A program made the position numbers and the translations under genes. 64,000 bases of DNA from Amoebidium appalachense (taxonomy: Eukaryota > Protista > Ichthyosporea), in NCBI GenBank assembly GCA_963693365.1, contig CAVNZM010000008.1, positions 1,674,001-1,738,000 of the forward strand, written 5' to 3'. The first letter of the stretch is position 1. Every line of letters starts with the position of its first letter. The notes below the pieces were generated by a model. That model was given only the letters and a program-made list of their open reading frames with translations, did not search any database and was not told the DNA's origin. Below are positions 20,925-35,005 of the stretch, in pieces.

Positions 20925-21728
20925 GAGAATCATTTGGGTTCACTGGTGGTGCCCAGAAGCCGAGGCCAGGGAGCCAGCTTGAGGAGATCGGCTGCAGCCG
21001 GTCTTTATTCATGTGGATGAGAATGAATGGGTTAACAAGATTTCTGTTAGGATTTTAAATTCAAGTCATGGATCATTTCGTGCGTTCTCGGGGCCCGCTG
21101 TGTCGACGAATAACCTGAAAATTGTGTGCAATGGGTCGATCCAGTAAAATTTGAAAATATATATTTCGGAAAATTCGCGAGACCAAGCCTTTTCTTGGAA
21201 AAGGGAACGGCACAAACCTTAATAAGGTCAAGGGTAATCTGAGCAAGCTTCTTGAGATAAGCCAAAAAGAGGTTAAACGTAGTTTAGAATGACTACTGAA
21301 TGAGTAAAAAAAATAAAGTATGAAACTTGACAAAAACATATCATACTTGTAAGATGTGTATGACCATGTATTTTTTTTGAATGCAAAAATAAAAAGGCAT
21401 AATTTCAAACAAACGTTCCAAAAACCCAAAAGTAGCTTGCAACCTCCTAAGCTACAAACACATCTTCTGTGTTTAGCATCCACAGCCTTACAGCTATATA
21501 TTCCTTTTCACCTACCCACCTACACCCACACACAACCCCCATTGATCCACACATACGTGCTGTTTTTTCACGGGGCGAAGACTTCCCCCGTTTTTGGGCA
21601 CATGGACCTCACGGATCAATAAATTGATGACTGGGGGCTTGCCGTGGTTTACAACCATTGCAGGTTCACTTTCGTCCAAGGGGATGTCCCCCAAGAGGCA
21701 ACACACGTCCCGGAGTAGTTTTCATAGA

Positions 21729-22237
21729 TATCGGCCATATGGGACATATGTGTTGGGTATATTGCCAATAACCCAAAATGGTCAGGAATAATACATTCAT
21801 AATATATTGGCAATAGTCTTGCCACGTTGGACAATACCATAATTTGACACAAAATTATCCTACATTTTATATATTCATAACTTATTGACAATACTCCGCA
21901 AGCAATAGTATAATACCGAATAAATACATTGACAATATCGAAATTGTATTGTTAATAGGCACACGTACACGCGTTTTGAGATATTGCCAGTACATTACTC
22001 ATACGGTATATAGTTATTGGTGGTAGACCCGGCATGGTATGACAATAATATCAAAATATGTTGCCGATATTACGTCAATATTACAGTTCTATTACACTTC
22101 TATAGCGTCTCTACCACAGAAAATCTCTACTCGCAATACATTGGCAATGGATAATTGATATTACTTCAGTATTAATCTAATATTTTTACGATATTGGCAA
22201 TAGATAATAGCCTCACAATATTGGCAATACCGCCGGG
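21729..22237. repeat. AT-rich end of a probable DNA transposon with ATTGCCAAT/ATTGGCAAT subterminal repeats
   Basis: Many copies of the motif in both orientations, ending CCGCCGGG. The other end was not found. Confidence 0.45.
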
Positions 22238-24400
22238 AAGTTTGCTGATTTGGCAATAAAGAATCAGTTGTTGTTTGAAATCTTTCAATGTCTCGTGAAC
22301 AACTCCGATTGCCCTCTCATTAATGTGTTAGTCGTGTTTTACATGACACCTCTGTGCACTCTGCTCCCTTAGACCCGTACAAAAACAACAGGTTAAAAGG
22401 CCCATTTTCGCACGCTCTCGCAACACATACTCTCGCTGCAATCGAAAATATTCAAATTTGAATACCGATCTGATTCCTCTCTCACGCATCATCTGACTGA
22501 TTGATCACCATGTCGGAGAAACCTGCGTATCTCAACCTCACCCCCTGGAAAGGGGATGACACCACGGACAAGAAGTCCGGCAAACGTCTCACCTATTATG
22601 AGTGGGAACCCGTCATCTTCCGGTACCTACGTACTACCACCGCGGCCAAATTAGTGCCAGTCATCAAGGCCCCCGAGTGGGTCGACCCTTCCGACGAGAA
22701 CGAGTGGTACGGCTATGACACTGAGGAGGCCTACACCGAGGCTTCCAACTTCCTTGAACAGATGTTTACTCAACTCGTCTCCAATGATGAGCTGTATAAC
22801 TCTGGTCAAATCCACGATGATGTGTCACCTGCCCAAGCTTTCCACAACCTCCGTATGACCTATGCGGCTGAACGTGAAGATCGTGCTCGTCAAATCCTCC
22901 TCGACTACCATGAGCTTGAACTCAAGGACTTCAAGACCGTCACGGCCTACCTCACCATGGCACGCCGTCTGTGCACTACCCTGCACATCCTCGAAGAGCC
23001 CATTCCTCACAAGACTATGGTTGATAACTTCTTCATCCACCTCAAGAAGAACCGTAAGTTAGTTTGTACCGACATCCAGGCCATGATTGCCGACTACTTC
23101 CGTCGTACCATCCACTACGAAACCTACAACCGTCTAATCAGTGACATCCGAGCTGCAGAGATCCGTGAAGGTCTCATCGACTCTGGGTCCGGGTCCTCCT
23201 CCACCGTCCGAACAGCACGTGCCCTGCAAAGCCGTGTCCTCACCAAGGACGACCTCAGACACCGGATCCCCCGACGTGACAGCTCCGTCTCCCGTCACCC
23301 CCGCGGTCGTCCCACCGATCGATCCCCCTCAGTTGACCGTGATTACTCACGGTCCCGTTCCCCCGGCTATCGTTCCCGGTCACCCTACCCCCCACGTAAA
23401 GGGGGTAACCGTCATTCCCAGCCACCCCGAGCCAAGACCACTGGCTCCCTCGACTGTGCCTACTGTCACGAAGACCATCATGTCGCACAGTGTGACAAAC
23501 CTGGCTGCTCAATTGCCCGTCGTCACCGTGCCAGCACAAAGTCTGGAAAAGAGGTGCATTTTGCCCTCGTGTCCACCACGGCCTCCCTACCCATGGACCC
23601 CTGCTGAGACTCGGCTTCAAACGTCCACGTGTGCCCAGTAAAAGAGTACTTCTCTACTCTTGAGCCATGCCCCCCGACTGACGTCCACGGCCTCGGCATC
23701 GTCACTGCACATCACCGTGGTGTCATCAACCTGGCCGGCACCTACAACGGAGTAACATCAGTACTGAGCCTCAACACCCTCTATGTACCCGACTCCCCAG
23801 CCTTCCTGATATCACCCTCAATGGCCTCCAAGTCGGGTCTCCTTGCCCACCTAGATGATGAGGATGAATTCCCATCCTACCTCTACACTCGTGGTGGCAA
23901 CATCGTGTGTTCCCTCACAGGCACAGATGGACTGTACTTCATCACTGACTATGAGATACGTCCCTCCATCCCTCGGACCGTCACTGCTCTGGTAGCCAAC
24001 GTCAAGGTCAACAATGATCCTCAGCTCTGGCACCACCGTCTCGGCCATCGTGCCCTGTCCACCCTCACCAAGATGGTGAGAGGTGACCTCGTGACAGGCC
24101 TCCCCTCATCCCTCTCAGTGGCTGACACCACTGACTGCTTCGGTTGTGTCTCCGGCAAGACCACCAAGGTGTTAAATTGTATAAGTATTTGGGATGGAAG
24201 CAGAGACACAGTGGTGCAGTGTGAAAACACCACAGACACACACAACAACAAAACACGGAACGATCGGAGCAGTGTACACAACAGACATCAATGTTTAGAC
24301 ACGACTGAACTGAATTTATTCTGATCTTGGAATAAATACCTGAAATTCCTCTAAGTCCAATCCATACATGATTTCCGACCAGTCGGAAATCAGATCTATC

Positions 24401-25325
24401 TGTTAAATTGTATAAGTATTTGGGATGTAAGCAGAGACACAGTGGTGCAGTGTGAAAACACCACAGACACACACAACAACAAAACACGGAACGATCGGAG
24501 CAGTGTACACAACAGACATCAATGTTTAGACACGACTGAACTGAATTTATTCTGATCTTCGAATAAATACCTGAAATTCCTCTAAGTCCAATCCATACAT
24601 GATTTCCGACCAGTCGGAAATCAGATCTATCTCTAATAGAAACCAATCACTAAGAACCAATTGCTTTCAGAGAGATCCGGTACGCGGAGACGTACACGAT
24701 AGGACACAGACACTAGTTAAGATCAACTCGTGTCATCATCAAGGAAGTTCTAACCTATGACATACTGCAAAGACTCAGACATATCACACTTAACCTTGAT
24801 GATTGGTTAAAGCCCGGCAACACATGAAAACTAAAGTGAATTAATGAAGTCTAAACACACATGCTATTCTAAGTGTAGCCTAAGTGTGTTACCGTCCAAT
24901 GAACACGTATTAAGTAACACAAATCTACCTAACATATATTAGTAGAAAAGAAATACGATTATACACATGAAGACAAGGAGAGAAAGAAAAGAAAATAAGG
25001 AAGGAGAAAGAGGAAGGAAAAGAGAGCACAGATCAACAAACAAGATAGTAATTGCATAACTATAACCAGAGATATTTATGTACACACGAACATGTACACG
25101 TCTCTCCCTGAGTGGGTGGATCCGTGTACACACATATAAATATTCTAATCGATATTACAACACACGATTAAAGCCGATACAACACGATTACAAGTATACA
25201 AGCATATCGGAGATCGATGCTACACTTTACATAATAGGAGTGTGGCATTTACACTAAGCAAATGAACTGAAACATAACACAAACTGAGAAGATCTTACCA
25301 TATGTAAATACTACGTATTACAACA
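24401..25325 (-). repeat. Solo LTR (long variant of the B family) inserted in Copia B's own 3' LTR
   Basis: TGTTAAATTG...TTACAACA, 925 bp, with TSD CTATC (24396-24400 / 25326-25330). Confidence 0.92.
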
Positions 25326-26184
25326 CTATCTCTAATAGAAACCAATCACTAAGAACCAATTGCTTTCAGAGAGATCCGGTACGCGGAGACGCACACGATA
25401 GGACACAGACACTAGTTAAGGTCAACTCGTGTCATCATCAAGGAAGTTCTAACCTATGACATACTGCAAAGACTCAGACATATCACACTTAACCTTGATG
25501 ATTGGTTAAAGCCCGGCAACACATGAAAACTAAAGTAAATTAATGAAGTCTAAACACACATGCTATTCTAATCGATATTACAACACACGATTAAAGCCGA
25601 TACAACACGATTACAAGTATACAAGCATATCGGAGATCGATGCTACACTTTACGTAATAGGAGTGTGGCATTTACACTAAGCATATGAACTGAAACATAA
25701 CACAAACTGAGCAGATCTTACCATATGTAAATACTACGTATTACAACATCCCCACTTAAGACTTTGAAGTTTGTGTTATCATATCCCCACTGAACTAGTG
25801 AAATCTCCCCACTTGAGAACAGAAACGAAAAAAAATTAAAGTGTGTACTTTTCGCGGGGGGGGGGGGGGGGGGGGGGGGGGAGAAGGGGGGGGGAGGGGG
25901 GGGGAAGGGGGGGGGGGAAGGGGGGGGGGGGGGGGAGGGGGGGGGGGGGGGAAGGAGGGGGGGAAGGAACCGGGGCAAAAACAACGAATATGTATAACGT
26001 GTATAGTCGGGGTTTGATTAACTGGGTTTTAAACCAGTGAAAGATAGAGTAGAGTCATGGTACAGGTCAAACCTTATATATAAACCCTAAGTGGGCATAC
26101 CCACAAAGGCAATATACATATGAAATAATGATTATGGTAAAGTAAGTAGTAAACATTAGAAAACCACTCTTGAAGTAGGACGGG

Positions 26185-29100
26185 TCAATCGACAATATCC
26201 GGCACACAAAGTCGGGCACGATGGGTGACATGACTCGGGCCGAGGAGGGGTTTGGTGAGGATGTCGGCCAAGTTGTGGGCTGACTCGACGTAGTGGACAA
26301 CAACATCCCCACTGGCAATGTAGTCTTTGGTGTTGTGATACCGGACGGCAATGTGTTTGGTACGGTGCTTGATGCCGGTGGAGTTGACGATGGCAATGGT
26401 CGACTGGTTGTCACAGTACACCGTAGTCGGAGCAAGCATGGGCCGGGGCCCGGGTAGCCGAGTTCCTTGAAGAGGTCACCGACCCAAGCAACTTCCTGGG
26501 TGCCAGCATTGAGAGCAATCAGCTCAGCTTCGGTGGTGCTGGTGGCCGTGATGGGCTGGAGCTTAGAGTACCAGATGATGGGCATACCAGCAAACTCGAT
26601 GATGTAGCCGGTGGTAGACTTCTTGCTGTCGGCACAACCAGCAAAGTCAGCATCCGTGTAGCATTCGAGTATGGGGGGCTGGGTGGCCGAGTACTTGTAG
26701 TCAATGCCAAGGTCAATGGTGCCGAGCAGGTACCAGGCCACACGACGGAGAAGGTCCCAGTGAGTCTTGCCGGGGTTGGTGCTGAACCGACCAAGGAAGC
26801 CGATGGCATAGGCAATGTCGGGACGTGTGCACCGTGCCACCCAGAGGAGACGGCCGAGTAACTCACGGTACGGCACGGTGAACGGTTGGGGGGGGCAGTC
26901 AGCCAGGGATACGGTGGTGCCTGCAGGGATGGGGGTAGACTTGGACTTGGCATCGGTGAGGTTGAAGTCGTGGATGATATCCATGATGTAAGACCTCTGG
27001 TGCATGTGGAGGTGATGGGGAGCAGAGTGACTAAAATCAACACCGAGCATACGGTCAAATGGACTCATACGACAGCTGGCCATCTTGCTGATGTGGGCAG
27101 CCAGGTCACTGGCAGCAGTAGAACCCCGGGTGTTGGTGATGGTGGAGTCGTCGACGTAGTTACCAGCCCGAACCACATCGTTGTTGGGGAAGAACCGGAG
27201 GTAGATGCACGGGTCGGTCTTAGTACGGGTCAGGCCATGGGCAAGAAGAATGCCGTCGAGGAAGTCGTACCAAGCCTTGGAGGCTTGCTTGAGGCCGTAC
27301 AGGGCTTTCTTGAGTCTCCAGACCTTGCCAAGTGTGGCCATGGTGATGAATCCCGGGGGTTGTTTCATGTAGATGGTCTCGGTGAGTGGGCTGTTGAGAA
27401 AGGCCGTAGACACGTCGAGTTGATGGATGTCATGACCTTCAACAACGGCCAGAGCTAGGATAGCACGGAGACCAGCCGGACGGATGACAGGGCTCTCAAT
27501 CAACTCATAGTCAACACCGTATTGCTGACTGAAGCCTTGAGCAACACCACGTGCCTTGATCTTGGTGTCACCAGCCGAGTTGAGAGTTTTCTCGGAGACA
27601 ATCCACTTGAAGCCGACGATGTTAGCACCAGGGGGAGGGTCAACAAGTTCAAAGATGTCTTTGTCGACGAAGGCTTGATACTCAGCAGTGAGGGCTGACT
27701 TGACCTGGTCACCATTGGGTCCGGAGCACAGTTGATGGACAAGTTTGGGTAGTTGGTCGATGTTGATGGGGGGACCGGGGGGGACTGGGAGGGTGGTGGT
27801 GGCTTGAAGTCCAACCTTGCCCTGTAGACGGGCAGAACGACGGGGTGCAGGAACCGGGGGAGGTGGAGACGGGGGGGGGGAACTTGGAAGTTCGGAATTG
27901 CAGGGGGAGCAACCTCCGGGCTGGACGGGGCCGAGTGGAAGTTGTCGGGGGAGCCGGGTCGGATGGGTGTGACGTTGCCAGGGGCAGGATGAGGGTCGGC
28001 AGGCTGGACGGGCACGGGGGCAGGGGGGCCGGTGGGGGGGGGGTGTCGGGGGAACGACGATGGCAGGAGGGGGGCCAGAGTACACCAGACAAACATCATC
28101 TTCAGTGGCAACTGTGGGGGGTGGGGTGGTCGAGGTAGCAGTGGTGTCGGGGGTCGGAAGTGTTGATGGAATGTCGGACGGGAGATAAGCTGATTCGTCG
28201 AAAATCACATCACGGAAGAGGCCGACACGATGGGTGGTGGGATTGAAGATCCGGTGGCAGTGTGATTGAAGATCATAGCCGATGTACATGCCGAGTTTGA
28301 CGGTGGGGGCCAGCTTGTTCCGTTTAGAGGCTGGCACATGAGTGTAGGCAGGGCAACCGAACACCTTGAGCTCGGAGATGTCGGGCTTGACACCGTAGAA
28401 AACCGCGAATGGTGTACGACCATTGGCAGTCGTGGACGGGGTGACGTTGATGATGTAGGCGGCATGTTGGAGGGCCTCAGCCCACAGTTTGGGGGACAGA
28501 GACTGATCTTGGACTTGATGGAGGAGGCAACGAACAATCTCTTGGAGGAACCGCATACGACGTTCAACATAGCCGTTCAGTTGAGGGCAGTCCACCGGAG
28601 CATAGCTGGCCTTGATGCCCTGGGAGAGGCAAAAAGCACGGGTAGCCTTGGAGGTGAACTCAGAGCCGGAGTCGAAGTGGTAGACACCAACTTTGGAGGG
28701 GGCATGGGTAGCAACGAGGTTGGTGTGAGCTGTGAGAATGTCCAGGGTGGTTGTACGGTCGGCCATCGGGTAGATCTTGACGAGTCCAGAGGCACGGCAG
28801 ACAGTGACGAGAGCAACCTTGGAACCTCCGTACGATGTTGTGGTAGGCTCAAAAAAATCCCAATGCCATTCATGACCGGGGATGTTGGAGTGAGGACGGT
28901 CACCCTTGAACGGAGCCTTGGTGGTTTTACCCATAATGCAGCCATGACAATCAGGAACATCACAGTCGACGACAGACGAGGGGAGACCAATAACAAGGTC
29001 GTGTTTCACCATGCCCTTGATGCTGGTCATAGCACGGTGCCCCAGACGATGGTGCCAGATGGATGGGTTAACACTGGTAGTGGCAGCCAGAGCCACAGGA

Positions 29101-30608
29101 CGAGTGGGTGGTTGAATGGTGTAGTCCTTGAAGTAATACAGACCGTTGTGTAGACGGAGGTTGACGAGATGACGGCCGGTGAGTCGGTCGAAGAGGAATG
29201 ACGGAGTGGAGGCATCATTCAAATCACCCTTGATGTATTCGGCAGCAGCTTGGGATGTTGAAATGAGGAAGGCTTGGCCAGACGGGGTGTAGTAGGCTTC
29301 AATGGTAAGGGTGGCAGTGCCATGGTCGGTGGTGGTGTTGATGACGATATGGCCGGTGTGAGTGGCCAAGACGGGGGTGCCATTGAAGGCAGCAACGGGA
29401 GTCGGTGTCGGAAGGGGAGTGAGGTCACGGAAGAACTCACGGGTGGGGCAGACAGTCATGTTGCACCCGGAATCCCAGGCAGGGTCGGAGGACACGGGGA
29501 CGGAGCTAGCATTGTATGCCGAGAAAGCAAAGGAGACAGATTTCTCACTGCCTTGACGGGAACGGTTGTGTCTGGACATACGGCATTTCGGCTCAGGGCA
29601 ATCGATGATCGTGTGATCAGGCTCGTGGCAGTAGGAGCATGCTTTCACGGACGGGGTGTTAGAACGAGCCGGGGAATCAGAACGACGGGAACCCGAGAAA
29701 CGGGAACGACTGGGGGAACGAGACGTGGACCGGAAGGCAGGCCGGTGGGGGGAACGGGATCGGGTGTGCTGACGGGAGAGACGAGTTCGGAGGTCCGTGC
29801 CAGGGGTACGGTCAAGTCGGTTGCGTAGGTCACGGCGAGGAAGATCACGGGGGGGAGCACTGGCATTTAATGCCATGCTGGACTTGGAGGCACGGTGGGC
29901 ACGGTTGCTCCGGAGTTGCATCTTGAGGTCTTGACGTAACTCGATGCCCTTGACGTGGTTGTGGAGGGACTCGAAGTCGGGGAATAGCTTATCACCGAAG
30001 TGATAGTCTTCGATAAGACGGTTGAACTCAGGGGTGAGGTCGTCTCTGGTGGTGAGTTCATTGAAGAACTTCTCAGCTAGACGAGTGAAGTGAATGGACT
30101 CATCTTGGAGGGACTGGAGCTGGTTCACGATGGTCTGCAGACGACTCAGGTAGGTGGTGAATGATTCACCGGGCTGAAGGGCACAGGCATCCCACTGACG
30201 GTGAAGGATGCGGATCTGATCGGGTTTGCCTTGGAGGTAGTGTTGACGGAATTTCCACATGGCCCGTTCAGGGTCCATGCCAATACGGTACTGGGCAACG
30301 GTGGTGAGGACGGAAGGGTCGATGTTCTGTATCATATGGAGCAGGAGGCAATTGCGGGCCTCCTTGAGTTCCGCGGTAGTGCCGTAGCCATAGAAGGGGG
30401 GTTCACCGTCAACCGCGACGGTGGTAGGGGGGACGTAGTTGTCAGCAAGTACAACATCCACGAGTCGGACACCTTTAGTGCCGGTCATCATGCCGAGAAA
30501 AATGATTTCCCATTGAAAATAGGTGGTTTTGCTATCGGGACCAGTCTTCCCTTCACCTTTCCACATGGTTAATAATATTTTGTTTACATCAGTTTTGTTT
30601 GGATCCAT
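26185..30608 (-). CDS. Copia B gag-pol polyprotein, frameshifted in RNase H near 26445
   Basis: ATG 30608; CSYCHEPDHTIIDC, WDSGC, WHHRLGH, HFDSGSEF, YVDD, YTDADFAG. The C-terminus YCDNQST...ADILTK is in the 26185-26439 frame. Domain order is PR-IN-RT-RH. Confidence 0.93.
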
Positions 30609-33600
30609 GATTGAAAAACGAGCGCTAGTTCTAGATGTGTGTAGGGAGCGTGCAAAAGGGCTGCATAACCTGTTAAATTGTATAAGTATTTGGGATGGAA
30701 GCAGAGACACAGTGGTGCAGTGTGAAAACACCACAGACACACACAACAACAAAACACGGAACGATCGGAGCAGTGTACACAACAGACATCAATGTTTAGA
30801 CACGACTGAACTGAATTTATTCTGATCTTCGAATAAATACCTGAAATTCCTCTAAGTCCAATCCATACATGATTTCCGACCAGTCGGAAATCAGATCTAT
30901 CTCTAATAGAAACCAATCACTAAGAACCAATTGCTTTCAGAGAGATCCGGTACGCGGAGACGCACACGATAGGACACAGACACTAGTTAAGGTCAACTCG
31001 TGTCATCATCAAGGAAGTTCTAACCTATGACATACTGCAAAGACTCAGACATATCACACTTAACCTTGATGATTGGTTAAAGCCCGGCAACACATGAAAA
31101 CTAAAGTAAATTAATGAAGTCTAAACACACATGCTATTCTAATCAATATTACAACACACGATTAAAGCCGATACAACACGATTACAAGTATACAAGCATA
31201 TCGGAGATCGATGCTACACTTTACGTAATAGGAGTGTGGCATTTACACTAAGCATATGAACTGAAACATAACACAAACTGAGAACTTATCTTACCATATG
31301 TAAATACTACGTATTACAACACAAGGCCCCATTCTCCGGCACCAGAACCCAGTGCCCCTTCCCCGGTGCCAAGTGGCACATGGACTTCTTCGAACCTCCC
31401 TGTGCCTCCTATGGTGGCTACAAGGTGGCCCTCGTGTGTACCTGTGATGCCTCCGGCTACACCATCGTGTACCTCCTCCGTGATCGATCCGAAACTCTCG
31501 AATACGTCAAGGCCCTGGTTGAGACTACTGACAAGCAACCCGACAAGGTGGTGACCCACTTCCGTTCATACTCTGGGTCCGAGTTCACCTCCCATGCTAT
31601 GGAGCAGTACTGTCAGTCCAAGGGCATCATTCAGGAATTTGCCCCGGTTGACTGCCCCCAACTCAACGGCTTCGTTGAACGTAAGATGAGGGATCTGCAG
31701 GAGATCGTTCGGTGCTTCCTTCATCAGGACAAGGCCGACTCCCTTTCCCCCAAGCTGTGGGGAGCTGCTCTCAAGCATGCTGCCTACATCATCAACGTGA
31801 CCCCGGCCAGAGCTGCCAATGGCCGTACACCGTTTGAAATTTTCTACGGTGTCAAGCCTGACATCTCCCACCTGCACGTGTTCGGCTGCCCTGCCTATGT
31901 ACACGTCCCTGCATCCAAACGAGATAAGTTGGCCTCTACCGTCAAACTCGGCACCTACGTGGGCTGGGATATCACCAACAAAGCCCACAAGATCATGAAT
32001 CTACGTGGCAACACGGTCAACCTCTACCGCGATGTCGTCTTCGACGAATCACAATTCACCACGGCATCCAATCAGATTTCTGTGCAGGCCACCAATCAGA
32101 CGACCTCAATCGATCCATCCCTGCATTGAATCGGAAATTCCAATTCCGATGACGATGAAATTCCGTCGGTGATTATCCGTCGTTCCCCCCGTCGTGTACC
32201 TGCCCCCGTGGCTCCACCCCCCCCCCCCCCCCCCCCCACCGGCCAGCAACCCCTGCTGCCGGCCCCTGCCGTCAATGACCACGTACCTGGTCATCTCACC
32301 CCGGTTCGTCCTGGGTCTCCGGAGTTCCACTCGGCCCCGTCCAGCCCCGTGTTATCCAACTCCCCCCTCAACACGGCACCCATCCCTGGCTTCCAGGCCC
32401 CCATCCCCGACCACCGAGTGTCTGTCCCAGACACCCCCCCGGCCCCTGAGCCCCTCCGTACCGTCCCCCGTCGTTCCTCCCGTCTCTCCTCTCGGCCTGC
32501 CATGGCTATGGTGAGCATCTCCCGACCCAGCCTTGATGTGTCTCAGCTGCCCCGGTCAATTCAGAAGCTGTGCTCCGGCACCAAGGGTGATGACGTGGTG
32601 ACTGCCCTCACTGCCGAGTACAAGGCTTTCATCGACAAGGACATCTTCGACGTAGTTGAGCCCCCCTCCGATGCCAACATCATCCGATTCAAGTGGATTG
32701 TCACGGAGAAGGTCCTCAACTCTGCTGGTGACACCAAGATCAAGGGTCGTGGTGTGGCCAAGGGTTTCACCCAAGTCTACGGTGTTGACTACGGTGAAAA
32801 CTCTTCCCCCGTCGTCATGTCCTCCTCCGTCCGTGCCCTGCTTGCCCTCGGTGTGCAACAGGACCACGAGATCCATCAACTCGACATCAGCACGGCCTTC
32901 CTCAACAGCCCCCTCGACGAGACTTTGTACATGGAGCAACCTCCTGGCTTTATCCTCCCTGGCAATGAACACAAAGTCTGGAAACTCAAGAAGGCCATCT
33001 ACGGACTCAAGCAGGCATCCCTGGCATGGTACGAGTTCTTCAACTCCATTCTCATTGCCCACGGCCTCACCCGTCTCCGTTCCGATCCGTGTGTCTACTT
33101 CCGTCAGTTCCCCAACGGGCACATCATCCGTTCGGGCAACTACGTTGATGATGCCATCATCACCTGCACACGGAACTCCACCATCATGCTGGGGCTTGTT
33201 CGTCACATCACGAAGTCTGCCGAGTGCAAGGTCGGTCTGCCAGACATCTTCCTCGGCACCCAACTGCTGTACACCCGTGACTCCCTCAAGCTGCTGCAGT
33301 CCTCCTACATCAAGGACATCATCACCGACTTCAACCTGGTCGATGCCAAGCCTAAGGCCACCCCTATTCCCGTGGGCACCATCATCAACGAGACCTCCCT
33401 CTCATCCCTGCCCACCACCGCCCCTACCGTGAACTCCTCGGCCGTCTGCTGTGGGTTGCTCGGTGCTCCCGGCCTGACATCTCGTATGCCATTGGCTACC
33501 TCGGCCGATTCAGCTCCAAGCCCACCAAGACTGCCTGGGAGCTTCTCCTCCGTGTCGTTCGTTATCTGCTCGGCACCATCAACCTCGGCCTCTACTACAA

Positions 33601-34913
33601 GAAGAAGGCCCCCAACAGCAAGGTGCCCCGGGCCATCCTTGAGTGCTACTCGGATTCTGACTTTGCTGGTTGCCCCACCACCCGTCGTTCCACGTCTGGG
33701 TACGTCATCCTCCTCGAAGGCTCCCCCGTCACCTACCACTCCAAGCTGCAGACGATCACTGCAACTTCCACCTGTGAGGCCGAGCTCCTGGCCCTCAATG
33801 CTGCCATGCAAGATGTTGTCTGGCACCGTGATCTACTAAAGGAGCTGGGCTACCCCATGACCGAGCCCACCCCAGTGTACTGTGACAATCAGTCCACCAT
33901 TGCTCTGGTCCACTCCAACACCATCAAGCACCGGACCAAGCACATTGCCGTTCGTTACTTCAACACCAAGGACTACATCAACAGTGGGGACGTCACTGTC
34001 ACCTACATCGACACCAAGAAGAACCTGGCCGACATCTTCACCAAGCCTCTGGCTGGTCCGGCCCACGACACACACCGTGCCAACCTCAGTCTCCGTGACT
34101 AACCCGTGCACTGGTGTTCATCATCAAGTGGTTTCTGAGTAGGTTGGGGCCCTGGACAGCAGTTGACACACCTACGGTGATCAAGATGCCTCCCAACGAA
34201 AGTCTACTACTCCTCATCGTTTCTCTTCATCAGTGGGGACTCAGTCTTACATCGTCATATGTGTGCATCTTCAGTGGGGATTATTCTCCACCATCCGTCG
34301 TTTATTTATATTCATATCCCACCATATATATTGGTTTTCTTCTATATTCGACTTTATATATATGTCGAACTGGGATGGCGTCCCAGTATAAATAATTATC
34401 TATAGCCATGGCGTGCTGGTTGACTGCCAGTCTAAACCTAGTCCACGGGATGCACCTTCCCCGTGTCTTAACTGGTTGACAACCAGTCTATAAATCAGTC
34501 CACAAGATGTTCATGCCTTGTGTTTACCTGGGTGGTCCCCAGTATAAACCATTAGCCACCAACACGTCACACATACACTAGTGTTTCCTCTATATATATA
34601 TATCGCCGATAACCACCATGATTTATTGTTTCGAGTCTTCAGAGGCAACCGTCGTTGTGTGCCTTCTCAGTTTTGATTCTCTCCTTCCCACCTCAAGGAT
34701 CTTCGGTTTGCATCCTCGAGTGGGGACACTTGAGTGTGACGGCCCCTCCTGTGTTTGGACCTCATCTACCGTCACATCAACAGACACGAGAACACAAACT
34801 TCAACCCCTTGAGTGGGGATGTTGGAATACGTCACCATGTATGACAGCAAGAGCCTTGAAGTATGTATGTGTTCTAGCTTGTTTGTATTCGTGTCTGCTT
34901 TCCTTCTTTGTGC

Positions 34914-35005
<92 letters not shown>

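Larger units (their letters stand above)
24170..31321 (-). mobile_element. Copia element B, full length
   Basis: 5' LTR 30671-31321; 3' LTR 24170-24400 + 25331-25748. TSD CAAGG (24165-24169 / 31322-31326). PBS GGTTATGCAGCCC; PPT AAGTGGGGA (25757-25749). Confidence 0.95.
22510..34102 (+). pseudogene. Copia A gag-pol pseudogene (22510-24169 joined to 31327-34102)
   Basis: Gag knuckle CAYCHEDHHVAQC; protease PC*DSAS (stop 23605-23607); GAG-pre-integrase WHHRLGH; integrase MDFF...NGFVER; RT QLDISTAFLN...YVDD; RNase H YSDSDFAG...YCDNQST...ADIFTK. Frameshifts near 32100 and 33400. Confidence 0.92.

Noticed and set aside
23605-23607. TGA between Copia A gag and pol as programmed readthrough
   Set aside because: It aligns to the Trp of WDSG in Copia B, so it is a TGG>TGA nonsense change in an element with other lesions.
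26067-30782. 1571-aa ORF as an intact polyprotein
   Set aside because: The first 58 aa come from LTR/leader and the C-terminus is out of frame. 27880-28040 is read in the wrong frame between two G-runs; the alternative frame matches Copia A (PGSP.FHSAPSSP).
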